From: Eledone cirrhosa
Lineage: Eukaryota
Direction of reading: 5' to 3'
Length of the DNA stretch: 64,000 bases
Assembly (NCBI GenBank): GCA_964016885.1
Contig: OZ024753.1
Location: 41,788,001 to 41,852,000 of the forward strand
Each line of letters starts with the position of its first letter. Within the stretch, counting starts at the first letter, position 1. Under the pieces are notes generated by a model that worked only from the letters and a program-made list of their open reading frames with translations, was not told the origin of the DNA and searched no databases. Both the position numbers and the translations under genes were made by a program. Below are positions 14,173 to 23,832 of this stretch, one piece after another.

Positions 14173-16865
14173 ATGACCGTTGTTCAACACTTGCATGGGT
14201 TGAACCAATAAATATGATTATTTTTCTTATATAACCCAATTAGAAAATAAAACTAAACCAATACAATGAACTTAGCCTAACCCTAAGGCGGTGAATTGAC
14301 AAAGTCGTTAGAACGTCCAGGAGAATGATTTATGGTATTCATTTCGGCTTTCTGCTCTCTGAGTTCAAATCTCTCCGAGGTCAACTTTGTCCATCATTTC
14401 GAGGTTGATGAAAAAAAAATACCAGTCTAATACTAGGGTCTATTCTTTCTCTATATCTCTTTCTCATTTCAATTCACTCACTCTCTCTATCCATCTCTGA
14501 AAGGAATCTGCTGTATTCAGACCTGGAGAGGAGATGGGCTCCACCAGGTTTTAAAATGCTCTGGAAATTCTGTATGTCAATATAGTGCCCCGATGGTTCC
14601 CTCAGGAGTTAGAGACCAAATGTAAAGAACCTAACCCAACCCAATTACAAAATGAATTTAAACAAATTCAACAAACCTAACCTAAACAGCAGTAAATGTA
14701 ATATTACACACACACAAAACAGATGTGTAATATTACACAGACAAAACCCAGGTGTAATCAGCAGTAAATGTAATATTACACACACAAAACAGGGTCTAGT
14801 CTCCCTTTCTTTTTGAGGAACAATACTCAAAACTTACACAAAATATTCTTCAAATCATTTGTTTTTTTTCTGGGACTTAAAATTTCCTTCCCCAGAGTAT
14901 GGTGAACTCTCAGAGTAAAACGTTCAGTCTTTTCACATTTTTAATATATGATAATTTACATAATTGTAATACTTGGAAAGTCTTGTGTAAGAATTATTAA
15001 CCATCTTGCCAACAACAACCCTGAGCACCTTTTTGATTTCCATGTGTCTAACACACGTGGGCATGCCAACAAAGTCAGAAAATAGCACAGCTCCCATGAC
15101 TTTCGGAAACATTTTTTCACGTTCAGAGTTGCTGAAGCATGGAACAAACTACTTGCATCTGTTATTAGCTGCCAAGACACTGCACCCTTTAAAACCTCCA
15201 TGGAACAAATTACCTGCATCAGTTGTTAGCTACTTTACAATATTGTTTTTTTCTAATGTAGTCTTTCTGTTTACAGGAATCATATTTTGAGTTGCTCACC
15301 AAACTTTTGGATTTATTCAAGCCAGGGAATTTTTTAATTACGGTTTTTGCAAATAGAGTAAGTATTTTGTTAACACTACATATAACCTTTTAATATTTAT
15401 ATTATTCTATATCTACTATTGTATTTTCACAGTAAAGGCTTTACCTCACATAATATCTCACATAACATTTATATTATTCTATATCTACTATTGTATTTTC
15501 ATAATAAAGACTTTATCTCACATAATATCCTCTGTGAGTCTCAGCTGATTTGAGATCAGCACTCACCACCTCTGCCAGGGTCTTCCTTTTTCTACCTCTA
15601 CTGCAGCTTCCTTCCACTTGGATTACCTAGCACTTCTTCACCCAGCATTCATTATCCATGTGCATCACATGTCTGTGCCATAAGTAATTAAAGTATTTAA
15701 CTCCTAACATCCAGTAATGATTGAGCAGAAAATATTTTAGTAATTGGTTTGTTAATTCCTATGTTTATAGTATCTTTACTAGTGGACATATCATTGTGAA
15801 AATTTACAGTAAACTAAAGTAAACATGAATTTCTTATCATCATCATCATCATATGTCCACTTTTCCCTGCTTGCAAGGGTGGGATGGGTCTTATTCAGCA
15901 CAGCATCTCTCCACTTGTCACGGTCATTCATCATCTCCTCCGTGAGCTTCAGCGATCTGAGCTCTGCTCTCACCACCTCTGCCCATGTACTTTGTGGTCT
16001 TCCTCTACTGCGTCTTCCTTCTACTGGGATTTCTTGACACTTCTTTATCCAGCGGTCATCCTCCATGCGTATCACATGTCCGTGGTATATCTAATGATAT
16101 ACTGTATGTTTACAAATAAACATTCGGAAAACTTTCTAGCTATGTTGGAGCAAAAACTTTAATTCTAAAGTAAAGATTTTAATTTTTCAATGTGTTGCAG
16201 TCATAATGTTATTTACTTTTCGAGAATGTCTTGCTAACCTGGGGCGATTTGATAGATTCCGACCTTACACACTTGCACCTCTCTAAGACAATGTCACTGG
16301 ACCGAAAACTTTGGCGCCACACAGTAATACAGAAGACCCGCCTTGCCTATGTACAAAGCGAAACCTACAGTCAGTAGGCACCTCTTAACCAAATATACAC
16401 CCCAACCCACTACCCCTACTCCATCCTCCCACTCCCACCAACACCACCCTTTCTCTGTAAAGTTATGTTGGTACCACAGGACATCCAGTCCAAACTAAAG
16501 AGGTCGTGTAGGTGTCATGACAAAAAACACACAGCCGTAGAAAACCTGCCAGATAGTTCTATACGAGCGAGACACGGTCACCCGATCAATCTTGCCTCAA
16601 GTGGGTCAATTCCCGTCTTACCCATGCTAGTGTGGAAGATAGACGTTAAACGATGATGATTAAAAATTAAGAAAATATATTTTGGGGGGAAAATACATCT
16701 TTTGACTTTTTTTTTTTTTTTCTTTAGGCTTCAAATGCGAGAAATGCCCATAAAGATTTACAAGATGAGCAAATCCCTGGTTACACACGGCTCGATCATC
16801 AGTTTTGCATGTTCAAAAATTATTACTTGACCTATACCTATTTTGCTAACCGGCCTATCATCTAG
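6753..16865 (+). CDS. AMD1: S-adenosylmethionine decarboxylase proenzyme, spliced gene, 5'-partial. Exons: 6753-6839, 7443-7569, 8092-8166, 9173-9200, 10058-10100, 11258-11312, 12141-12221, 12593-12685, 13995-14069, 15277-15357, 16728-16865
   Basis: Exons join in frame (883 nt plus 2 nt from the missing first exon) with AG/GT boundaries, except one AT-AC intron. Translation contains the AdoMetDC motifs DAYVLSESSMFV (E/S autocleavage to pyruvoyl), [22 protein letters not shown] and SYVSFETN. Confidence 0.97.
7443..7569 (+). CDS. AMD1: AMD1 exon ([42 protein letters not shown])
   Basis: ctgcAG acceptor, GTgagt donor at 7570; contains the ESS cleavage site and the catalytic Cys. Confidence 0.97.
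8092..8166 (+). CDS. AMD1: AMD1 exon ([25 protein letters not shown])
   Basis: Polypyrimidine tract plus cacAG; GTaaaa donor; FYSRK motif. Confidence 0.95.
9173..9200 (+). CDS. AMD1: AMD1 28-nt micro-exon (VKHLDELFD)
   Basis: ttctAG acceptor, GTaagt donor; needed to keep frame between flanking exons. Confidence 0.9.
9382..9417 (+). ncRNA. Minimal (Penelope-type) hammerhead ribozyme motif, slightly degenerate
   Basis: TCTT-CTGAAGA-AGGAC TAGT GTCG-GAAACGTT-AAGA; palindromic ACGT stem III. Confidence 0.6.
10058..10100 (+). CDS. AMD1: AMD1 exon ((N)[13 protein letters not shown](W))
   Basis: catcAG acceptor, GTaagt donor; similar to the vertebrate GAAYCMGRMNSDCW segment. Confidence 0.95.
10198..10545. 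repeat. About 48-bp tandem repeat, about 7 copies
   Basis: GTGCCATGATAAAATACACCCAGTACACTCTGTAAAGTGGTAGTGCTG units. Confidence 0.9.
10546..10966. repeat. Compound tandem repeat with GCCAGCTAAACCT subunits (about 144-bp period)
   Basis: Direct repetition visible in the sequence. Confidence 0.85.
11258..11312 (+). CDS. AMD1: AMD1 exon ([18 protein letters not shown]), ending at a U12 donor
   Basis: gttAG acceptor; followed by ATATCCTT; WYLYTL and PDQTxE motifs. Confidence 0.93.
11313..12140 (+). other. U12-type (minor spliceosome) AT-AC intron of AMD1
   Basis: 5' end ATATCCTT (11313-11320); branch point TTTTCCTTAAC (12122-12132); terminal AC (12139-12140); joins DQTFE to LLM in frame. Confidence 0.93.
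12141..12221 (+). CDS. AMD1: AMD1 exon ([27 protein letters not shown])
   Basis: Follows the AC acceptor; GTttgt donor; similar to the vertebrate ILMSELD segment. Confidence 0.92.
12310..12512. repeat. About 29-bp tandem repeat
   Basis: GTGAAACAAGTGTAATATTCACCTTCAAA units. Confidence 0.88.
12593..12685 (+). CDS. AMD1: AMD1 exon ([31 protein letters not shown])
   Basis: ctccAG acceptor, GTaaat donor; PCGYSMNG motif. Confidence 0.97.
12762..13255. repeat. 84-bp tandem repeat, about 6 copies
   Basis: ACTTGATCTGAGACTGTGTTGAAACTAAAG...CATGTCTAGCAGATG units. Confidence 0.95.
13350..13705 (-). mobile_element. RTE-like LINE fragment in an AMD1 intron
   Basis: ORF 13364-13729 ([24 protein letters not shown]); (GAT)n tail. 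Confidence 0.8.
13995..14069 (+). CDS. AMD1: AMD1 exon ([25 protein letters not shown])
   Basis: ttacAG acceptor, GTaaga donor; HVTPE and SYVSFETN motifs. Confidence 0.97.
14985..15235 (+). mobile_element. Degenerate CR1-like 3' fragment in an AMD1 intron
   Basis: Encodes [16 protein letters not shown]...[16 protein letters not shown]-like sequence. Confidence 0.85.
15277..15357 (+). CDS. AMD1: AMD1 exon ([27 protein letters not shown])
   Basis: ttacAG acceptor, GTaagt donor; FKPG motif. Confidence 0.95.
15838..16082 (-). mobile_element. RTE-like 3' fragment
   Basis: [16 protein letters not shown] followed by (GAT)n tail. Confidence 0.8.
16225..16660 (+). mobile_element. RTE-like 3' end and UTR fragment
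   Basis: Reverse-complement match to 31980-32490; ends AAACGATGATGAT. Confidence 0.8.
16728..16865 (+). CDS. AMD1: AMD1 terminal coding exon ([45 protein letters not shown])
   Basis: Long poly-T tract plus tttAG; GYxRLDxQ..F..Y pattern; TAG at 16863-16865. Confidence 0.93.
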   Translation, partial: ASNARNAHKDLQDEQIPGYTRLDHQFCMFKNYYLTYTYFANRPII

Positions 16866-17255
16866 GAATTCGCTTGTTCAGAATTTTCTGAACAATGTCA
16901 ATTCTTCATTTCTTTTCCTTTCCTTAAAATGTTTGCGGTACGGAAATTGAATAAAAACCTATGTAAGATACTTTTTTCAATTTTTTCATTATTACACGGA
17001 AACCTTTATAGCTTTCTAGCTGTAAGATTTCACATTGAATTAGCTGGTAGTTTAAGCTATCATTGACACTATATATATATTCTAACTCCTCTCCCTGAGA
17101 TTTTCTTAAGATTTTATGGAATGTGCAGTTTTATTTATCCCGGAGGAAGATATTCTATCTTCTGACAACGAAAAAAGACTTGGAATTTGCAAATTACTGT
17201 AAATTGTGGCATGCAAGTCATTTTTAAAATTCTTTGCTCAAAAATCCTTTATTAG

Positions 17256-17580
17256 TGTTATATTTATTATATAGGTTGAGCTCATCAAACATACTTTGGG
17301 TTCTGTGATATCAATTTTAAGATTTTGGGCTCAAAGTTGTGTGTTAGGGCTGTATTTATTATATAGGTTGAGCTCATCAAACATACTTTAGGTTCTGTGA
17401 TATCAATTTTAAGATTTTGGGCTCAAAATTCTGTGTTAGGGCTGTATTTATTATATAGGTTGAGCTCATCAAACATACTTTAGGTTCTGTGATATCAATT
17501 TTAAGATTTTGGGCTCAAAGTTCTGTGTTAGGGCTATATTTAGTATATAGGTTGAGCTCATCAAACATACTTTGGGTTCT
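17256..17580. repeat. 92-bp tandem repeat, about 3.5 copies, downstream of the AMD1 stop
   Basis: GGTTGAGCTCATCAAAC at 17274, 17366, 17458 and 17550. Confidence 0.93.
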
Positions 17581-17769
17581 ACTGAGGCTGTTTTTATGAC
17601 TATAATTTACTATAATATACAAGCTGTACATTATAGTAAAACATTGTTGTACATATTCTACAAAATCACTAAATAGACTCTACTAACATCATAACATACT
17701 CACTGCTACTGTTCATAACATTGTTCTAACTGATGATTCTAATATATATATATATATATATATATACTG

Positions 17770-17829
<60 letters not shown>

Positions 17830-18699
17830 TGTGTATTATTTGATAAAATATCTTCTACAAATACCAAGGGAAACTGTACCCACTATCTGCTCCTGTTCAC
17901 CATTTGCATCAGTGATGTAAATAAACAGCTAGTAACGCCACCTATTACTTGCAGCTCAGTTCGAAACTTACCTACCAACATGGCCATAAAAATTTACTTT
18001 ACATCTCCTCCCTATAAAGTGGTTCATAGTTTTGAAGAGGATTTTTCTGGCTTAAAAAGTTGACTTGGATGCCACAGTTTACAATAAGGAGTTGAACATT
18101 TTATTTTTAAAGACACTTCTCTTTTCTTATTGATTGCTGTTATATTTATTGTTATATTATATCTCATTTTATCTCCCCTTGATTGGAATCCTCCTTACTT
18201 GAAACACCTCCATATTCTGGTGATTAAAAGCCCCCACCCCCCAAAACGAACTTGTTTTATAATGCAGTTAAATAAAAGTTGGCAAGAATTTAGCACGAGT
18301 GATTTTGAATGGCTCAGTTTTTTGCAAGTGGGTGTGTATACTAGTAATAATAATGGTTTCTGATTTAAGCACAAGGCCAACAATTTTTGGGAAAGGGGAA
18401 AGTCAATTAAATCGACCCCAGAATGGTACTGGTACTTTATTTTATCAACCCCGTAAGGATGAAAGGCAAAGCTAGCCTCTGCGAGATTTGAATTCAGAAA
18501 GTAAATGGATGTAAGTAAATGCCACGAAGCATGTTGCCCGACGTTCTACTGATTCTATCAATTCATAATAGTAATAATATTCAAGAGCCCGGTATCTATT
18601 CCTTGAACTCATTAAATTATAGGGGATTAATGTGAGTCTTTAACTCCGTTTTTTAATTTGATATATATATATATATGCATTTTCAACTCATATATATAT

Positions 18700-18975
18700 G
18701 GAGGCACATGGCTTAGTGGTTAGAGCATTGGGCTTGCAATCGAAGGTTGTGAGTTTAATTCTCAGACCGGGTGATGTTTTGTTTCCTTGAGCAAGACACT
18801 TTATTTCACATTGCTCCAGTTTACTCAGCTGTAGAAATGAGATGATAGGGACTGGGGTCCATATCATTCCACTACAAAGTGGTCGTGGAGGTGCCACAGC
18901 AAAAAAGCACTCACTGTAAATGAGGTTGGTGTTAAGAAGGGCATCCAGCTGTAGAAATCAAGCCAGAATCAATGC
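18700..18975 (+). mobile_element. tRNA-headed SINE with RTE-derived tail
   Basis: TGGCTTAGTGG A box, CCTTGAGCAAGACACTT core, 3' part matching the RTE 3' UTR. Confidence 0.85.
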
Positions 18976-19225
18976 TCTAACCACTAAGCCATGCGCCTTC
19001 ACTGTGTGTATGTATGTATATATATATATTTGTGTGTATGTATGTGTATATATATGTATGTATACATATATATGTATGTATGTATACATATGTGTGTGTA
19101 TATATATATGTGTGTATGTATAACAGCCATTATTTAAGCTGAATATGTGTTTTCATTCTAATTGGTGAACAAATTAAAGTAATTATTACCTAGAGATTAA
19201 CATTCCTTTGTAAATTACCCTAATT

Positions 19226-19574
19226 CATCATCATCATCATCATCATTTCATTTTACGTCCGCTTTTTCCCTGCTTGCAAGGGTGGGACGGGAACTGATTC
19301 TGGCTTGATTTCTACAGCTGGATGCCCTTCCTAACACCAACCTCATTTACAGTGAGTGCTGGGTGCTTTTTTGCCGTGGCACCTCTACGACCACTTTACA
19401 GTGGAATGATAGGGACCCCAGTCCCTATCATCTCATTTCTACAGCTGAGTAAACTGGAGCAATGTGAAATAAAGTGTCTTGCTCAAGGAAACAACACATC
19501 ACCCGGTCTGAGAATTGAACTCTCAACCTTTCGATTGCAAGGCCAATGCTCTAACCACTAAGCCATGTGCCTCC
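19226..19574 (-). mobile_element. Full-length copy of the same SINE with (GAT)n tail; partial copy at 6404-6680(-)
   Basis: Near-identical reverse complement of 18700-18975. Confidence 0.87.
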
Positions 19575-19871
19575 AATTCAAGTAATTTATCAGTGTCTCC
19601 CCCCCCCCCTCTCAAAAAAAATATATATACAGCATTCTAATAAATATGTATATATAGTTTTGGGGACACCATATATATATATGTATAGAAGTAGTTCCAC
19701 AACAGTTAGTTAACCATACCGAGAACAAATGTTTCACCTTAAGTGGACCTTCAGCTTGGTCTGGCCAAGATCCACTGTTGTAGAACTACTTCTACCAAAC
19801 TCGTCCCATGGACTGAGTGCTCCACTACTACAGATATATCCCTCCAGTGTTCTAATATTATATATATATAA

Positions 19872-20060
19872 GGGCGGTGGATTGGCAGTATCGGTAGAGG
19901 GTCGGACGCCATGCTTTCCAGCATAGTTACGTCCCTTTACGATCTGAGTTCAAATCCCGCCGAGGTTGACTTTGCCTTTCATCCTTACGGGGTCGATAAA
20001 ATAAAGTACCAGTAATGCACTGGGTAATTGCTGGCCTTGTGCCTAAAGTAGAAACAATTA
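19872..20060 (+). mobile_element. tRNA-derived SINE; related copies near 4390, 4690, 8916, 11030, 11790, 14285, 18360(-), 23760(-)
   Basis: A-box-like TTGGCAGTATCGG, B-box GAGTTCAAATCC, shared core GACTTTGCCTTTCATCCTTACGGGGTCGATAAA. Confidence 0.85.
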
Positions 20061-20153
20061 TCATATATATATAGTTGTATGGTTACATGAAAAATGCGTC
20101 CGTAGGCGGTATGCCAGTTGAGTACTCTATGCTCGCGCAGAGCAGAGTATAAT

Positions 20154-20471
20154 ACTATAAGGATAATGAACAAGGATTCAGTGTTGTATCATAACATATT
20201 TAATAACATATTACATATGTTTCACTATCGACCAGCTCGAGGCAAGACCTATTATAGGTCAAGCCTGATGCTGATCGAAAGATCGTCAGATATGCTTATT
20301 ATATGATTTCATCTCCGATTCTGAGACGAAATCATATAAGCATATCTGATGATCTTTCGATTACAGAGACAGGTTCGACCTATAATAGGTCTTGCCTCGA
20401 GCTGATCGATAGTGAAACATATGTAATATGTTATGATGGAACACTGAATCCTTGTTCCTTATCCTTATAGT
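20154..20471. repeat. About 320-bp imperfect palindrome (foldback element)
   Basis: Arms ACTATAAGGATAA...GATTTC and GAAATC...TTATCCTTATAGT are reverse complements around about 20320. Confidence 0.88.
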
Positions 20472-21269
20472 GTGTATATATATATATATATATATAAAGT
20501 TGTAGTTCCTGTTTGTTGTTTGTTCATGAACTCTTCCTATGGTTTTGGAGATAGACCCCCATAACCATATATATTCTGAAACTACATTGCCCAGGGGACT
20601 TGGATAATATATATATAAGGATTAAACTAGTTAGACCATTATTCAACAAAGTACTTGATACTTTGAATAGTTGCGTGTGACTATATTATTAAGAGTCTGT
20701 GCCCAACAGCTGGTACTAGCTGTCGGGCCCTAACCCTTAAAATATATATATATATATAACCGTATGTGGTTGACAGCTGAGAGAAAAGAGTACTGAATAC
20801 CAAAGTAGTGTTTAAATATTTCTGAGTAACAAGACTCACTATTTAGCCTTAATAAAATGAATATACATTTTTTTTTTTTTTAGTTTTTTTCAGTAGATCA
20901 TCATCATATACTCCAAGCATTAGACAGAATTTCAAATCCTCATTTCCAGAAATAAAAAATTTAAAAATTGGGGATTTTTCTTTTATTTTAATTTGAAAAT
21001 GTGTAAGCCACAGTGAAAATAGCTATATATAGTATTTAAAAAGGGTGACCACCTGTACCTAACACATTTTCAAATGGATTGTTATTTCATTATTTTTAAA
21101 TATATGAATTTTTTCTCTATTTATTGATTTTGTTCTTTTTAAAATAAAATTTATTTGCTAAATATTTCATTTATCCCATTATTGTGTGGCCTATGAAAAG
21201 GTAAACAGTCGTAAGTGTTAACACTTGTATCTCTCTGGTTACACTGTCTTATTACTGTCTTATTAAAGT

Positions 21270-22520
21270 AGTCGTGTAGGAGACATGGTAAAAAGGCTCC
21301 CAGTCCACACCTCAAATGTGGTTGGTGTTAGGAAGGGCATGCAGCCATAGAAAACCTGCGAGGGACAGTTCTGTACAAGCGAGACACAGTCTCCCGACCA
21401 ATCTCGCCTCAAGTGGAACAAAATTATCCAACCCATGCCAGCATGAAAAATGGACTTTAATCGAGACAGACAGATGGTTTCAAATACTAAGGCATACCCA
21501 GGGGAAGAATGTCCCCCACCCCCAACATAGGTTAGTCGTTAGTGACATCTCAATAAGAATGAGACACAGAGGAAGGTCTGGAAGCTAAAAGACCAGTCAC
21601 TAAAATATAAATTTAGGAAAGCCCTTCAAGATGTGTATGACGAGAAAGAAGACGAATTAGAATCATATGACATAGATGATAACTGGAAGTTCTTACGTGA
21701 CAACTTACTGCAGGCTACTAAAGAGAGCAAAGCTCCAACCAGACAGGGGGTGACCGGGTGGTGGAACAGCACGGTAGATAGAACCATTAAAGACAAAAGA
21801 CAAGCATGGAAGGCATGGAAAAATGGTGGGAGTAGAGACCGATACTCATCTGCTAAAAGAGAGGTTAGACGTCAGGTATCCTTAGCACACTGGGAGGCTG
21901 TGACGAGAAGATCAGAGACGTGCGGTGTTCTGCATTGCAAGGCAGTGGGTCAGTGTAAATCAGGATGTTGTTAAGAGATGTGTGTCCGAAATGATGCTGG
22001 TGCACTTGTCACTGATTCTCAGAAAAAGGAGGCCTGGGAATATCATTATGAGAGACTGATGAATGTTGAGAACGAATGGGAGAGAGAGAAACTACCCCCA
22101 GTAGACCCAACAAAGGGACCAGCTACTGAGATTGACGACTATAGCGTCAAATACACTGAGATGCTGAAGGCATCAGAAGTAGGAACTAAACTGCACGCAT
22201 AGTCAATATATATGGCAAAGTCGTACCCAAAGACTGGTGCAGTAGTATTCTTATAAATTACTACAAAGGTAAAGGGGATGCTCTGGAGGGGAGCAGTTAT
22301 AGAGGCATAAAATTGATGGCTTGGGTTATGAAAGTGACAGAAAGAATGCTAGCACAACTAATTAAAGAAAGAGTCAAATTAGATGAGATGCAGGTTGGTT
22401 TTGTGTCTAGGAAAAGTACAACAGATGTCCTCTTCTTAGTGAGAAGAATAAGCCACTATACTTAGCTTTTGTTGACCTTTCATAGAGTTCCCCAATCTAT
22501 CATCTGGTGGTCCCTAAGGA
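21270..22520 (+). mobile_element. Decayed RTE-like LINE internal fragment
   Basis: QHRLVV, WWN..V...K..A.KAWK, YKGKGDALE..YRGIKL, QxGF..KSTTD motifs, with stops and frameshifts. Confidence 0.85.
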
Positions 22521-23832
22521 AATTTCTTCTATACAGGAAAAAACCTTTCCTTTTTTCTTCGAAGAAACCTCTATATACAGCTACGTTTTTATTATCTTCT
22601 CTATTTCTTACACACAACGAAGCATGGCAGCTTCATTTCTCGCACACACGTGTCCTCTTGTACGTAGCTAGAAACCTTTTGTTGTCCAACTAATTTCTAC
22701 TGCTCTGTGATTTGGAGCAACGTGAAATAAAGAGTCTTGCTCAAGAACACAACGCAAAGCCCGGCCTCAGAATCGAACTCACGATTGTAAAGTCTGAAGA
22801 CTTCACACAAATACTTTGCGCGTTAATGTCTACCTAGATTGCACATGCGTACTTCTGGTATCTGTTTACGAAAAATAAAATGGCCACCGTAAGAACTTCA
22901 TGTTTTCCAACGTGAATAAAAAAAAAAATTTGGATTTTACTAATTTTGCGGAGGTAAAGTAAAACTTTATTTTATGAAACATTTTCTGTTTAACTTCTGC
23001 CATGCCTTACATTCTAATATAATACAACATCCCTCTCACAAACAGCGTATTTATTTATCATTTAAGTTGGTAAATAATATATTTCTAGTTCCCTTCGTAT
23101 AAATTCGTTTTGGAGGACTTGCTCCTTTCAACTTGATGTTGGTTTATATATTTTGGTTATTAGTATTAACCAGAATCTTTGGTGAGGGTGAATATTACAC
23201 CCCTCTCGTTTTGGCCATAATCGTAAGTTTTGAACGAATTTATTTTTAGATATAATCATCGTAATCAAAGATTAACTGTTGATCGGTGTTAGCTAGATCG
23301 ATATCGCTTTAACTTACGAAACATTCTTAGTTTCTTTCTCTAGATACTTCATCTACATTCTTAGTTTCTTTAGAAACTTGATTTACATTCTTTGTTTTGT
23401 TTACGGTGTATATGTCCCATAGGATCTTACTCTGAGACATATACACTCTAAACAAGACTATCTCCTACGGCCAACTAAGCTCTGATCATCGTAAGCTTAG
23501 ATTGCGAAAGAAGCAGTTTTAGGGCATATACTTCACATAGCATCTCCTACGGCCACATAAAACCAGGGTCAATGTCCCATAGTATCTCCCACGCTTGCAT
23601 GGGTGGTCTGGCTTATATATGAGTGCACTTATAGTTGTCCATCAATTGTGAGTGCACAGACAGGACAAAGGAATATTTTGGTAGGATCCTCTACGGCCAG
23701 CTAAACCATAGTAAGTGCTGCTTAGAGTGCGAAAGGAACAGTTTAAAATAATAATAATAATTGTTTCTACGTTAGGCACAAGGCCAGCAAATACCCAGTG
23801 CATTACTGGTACTTTATTTTATCGACCCCCGT

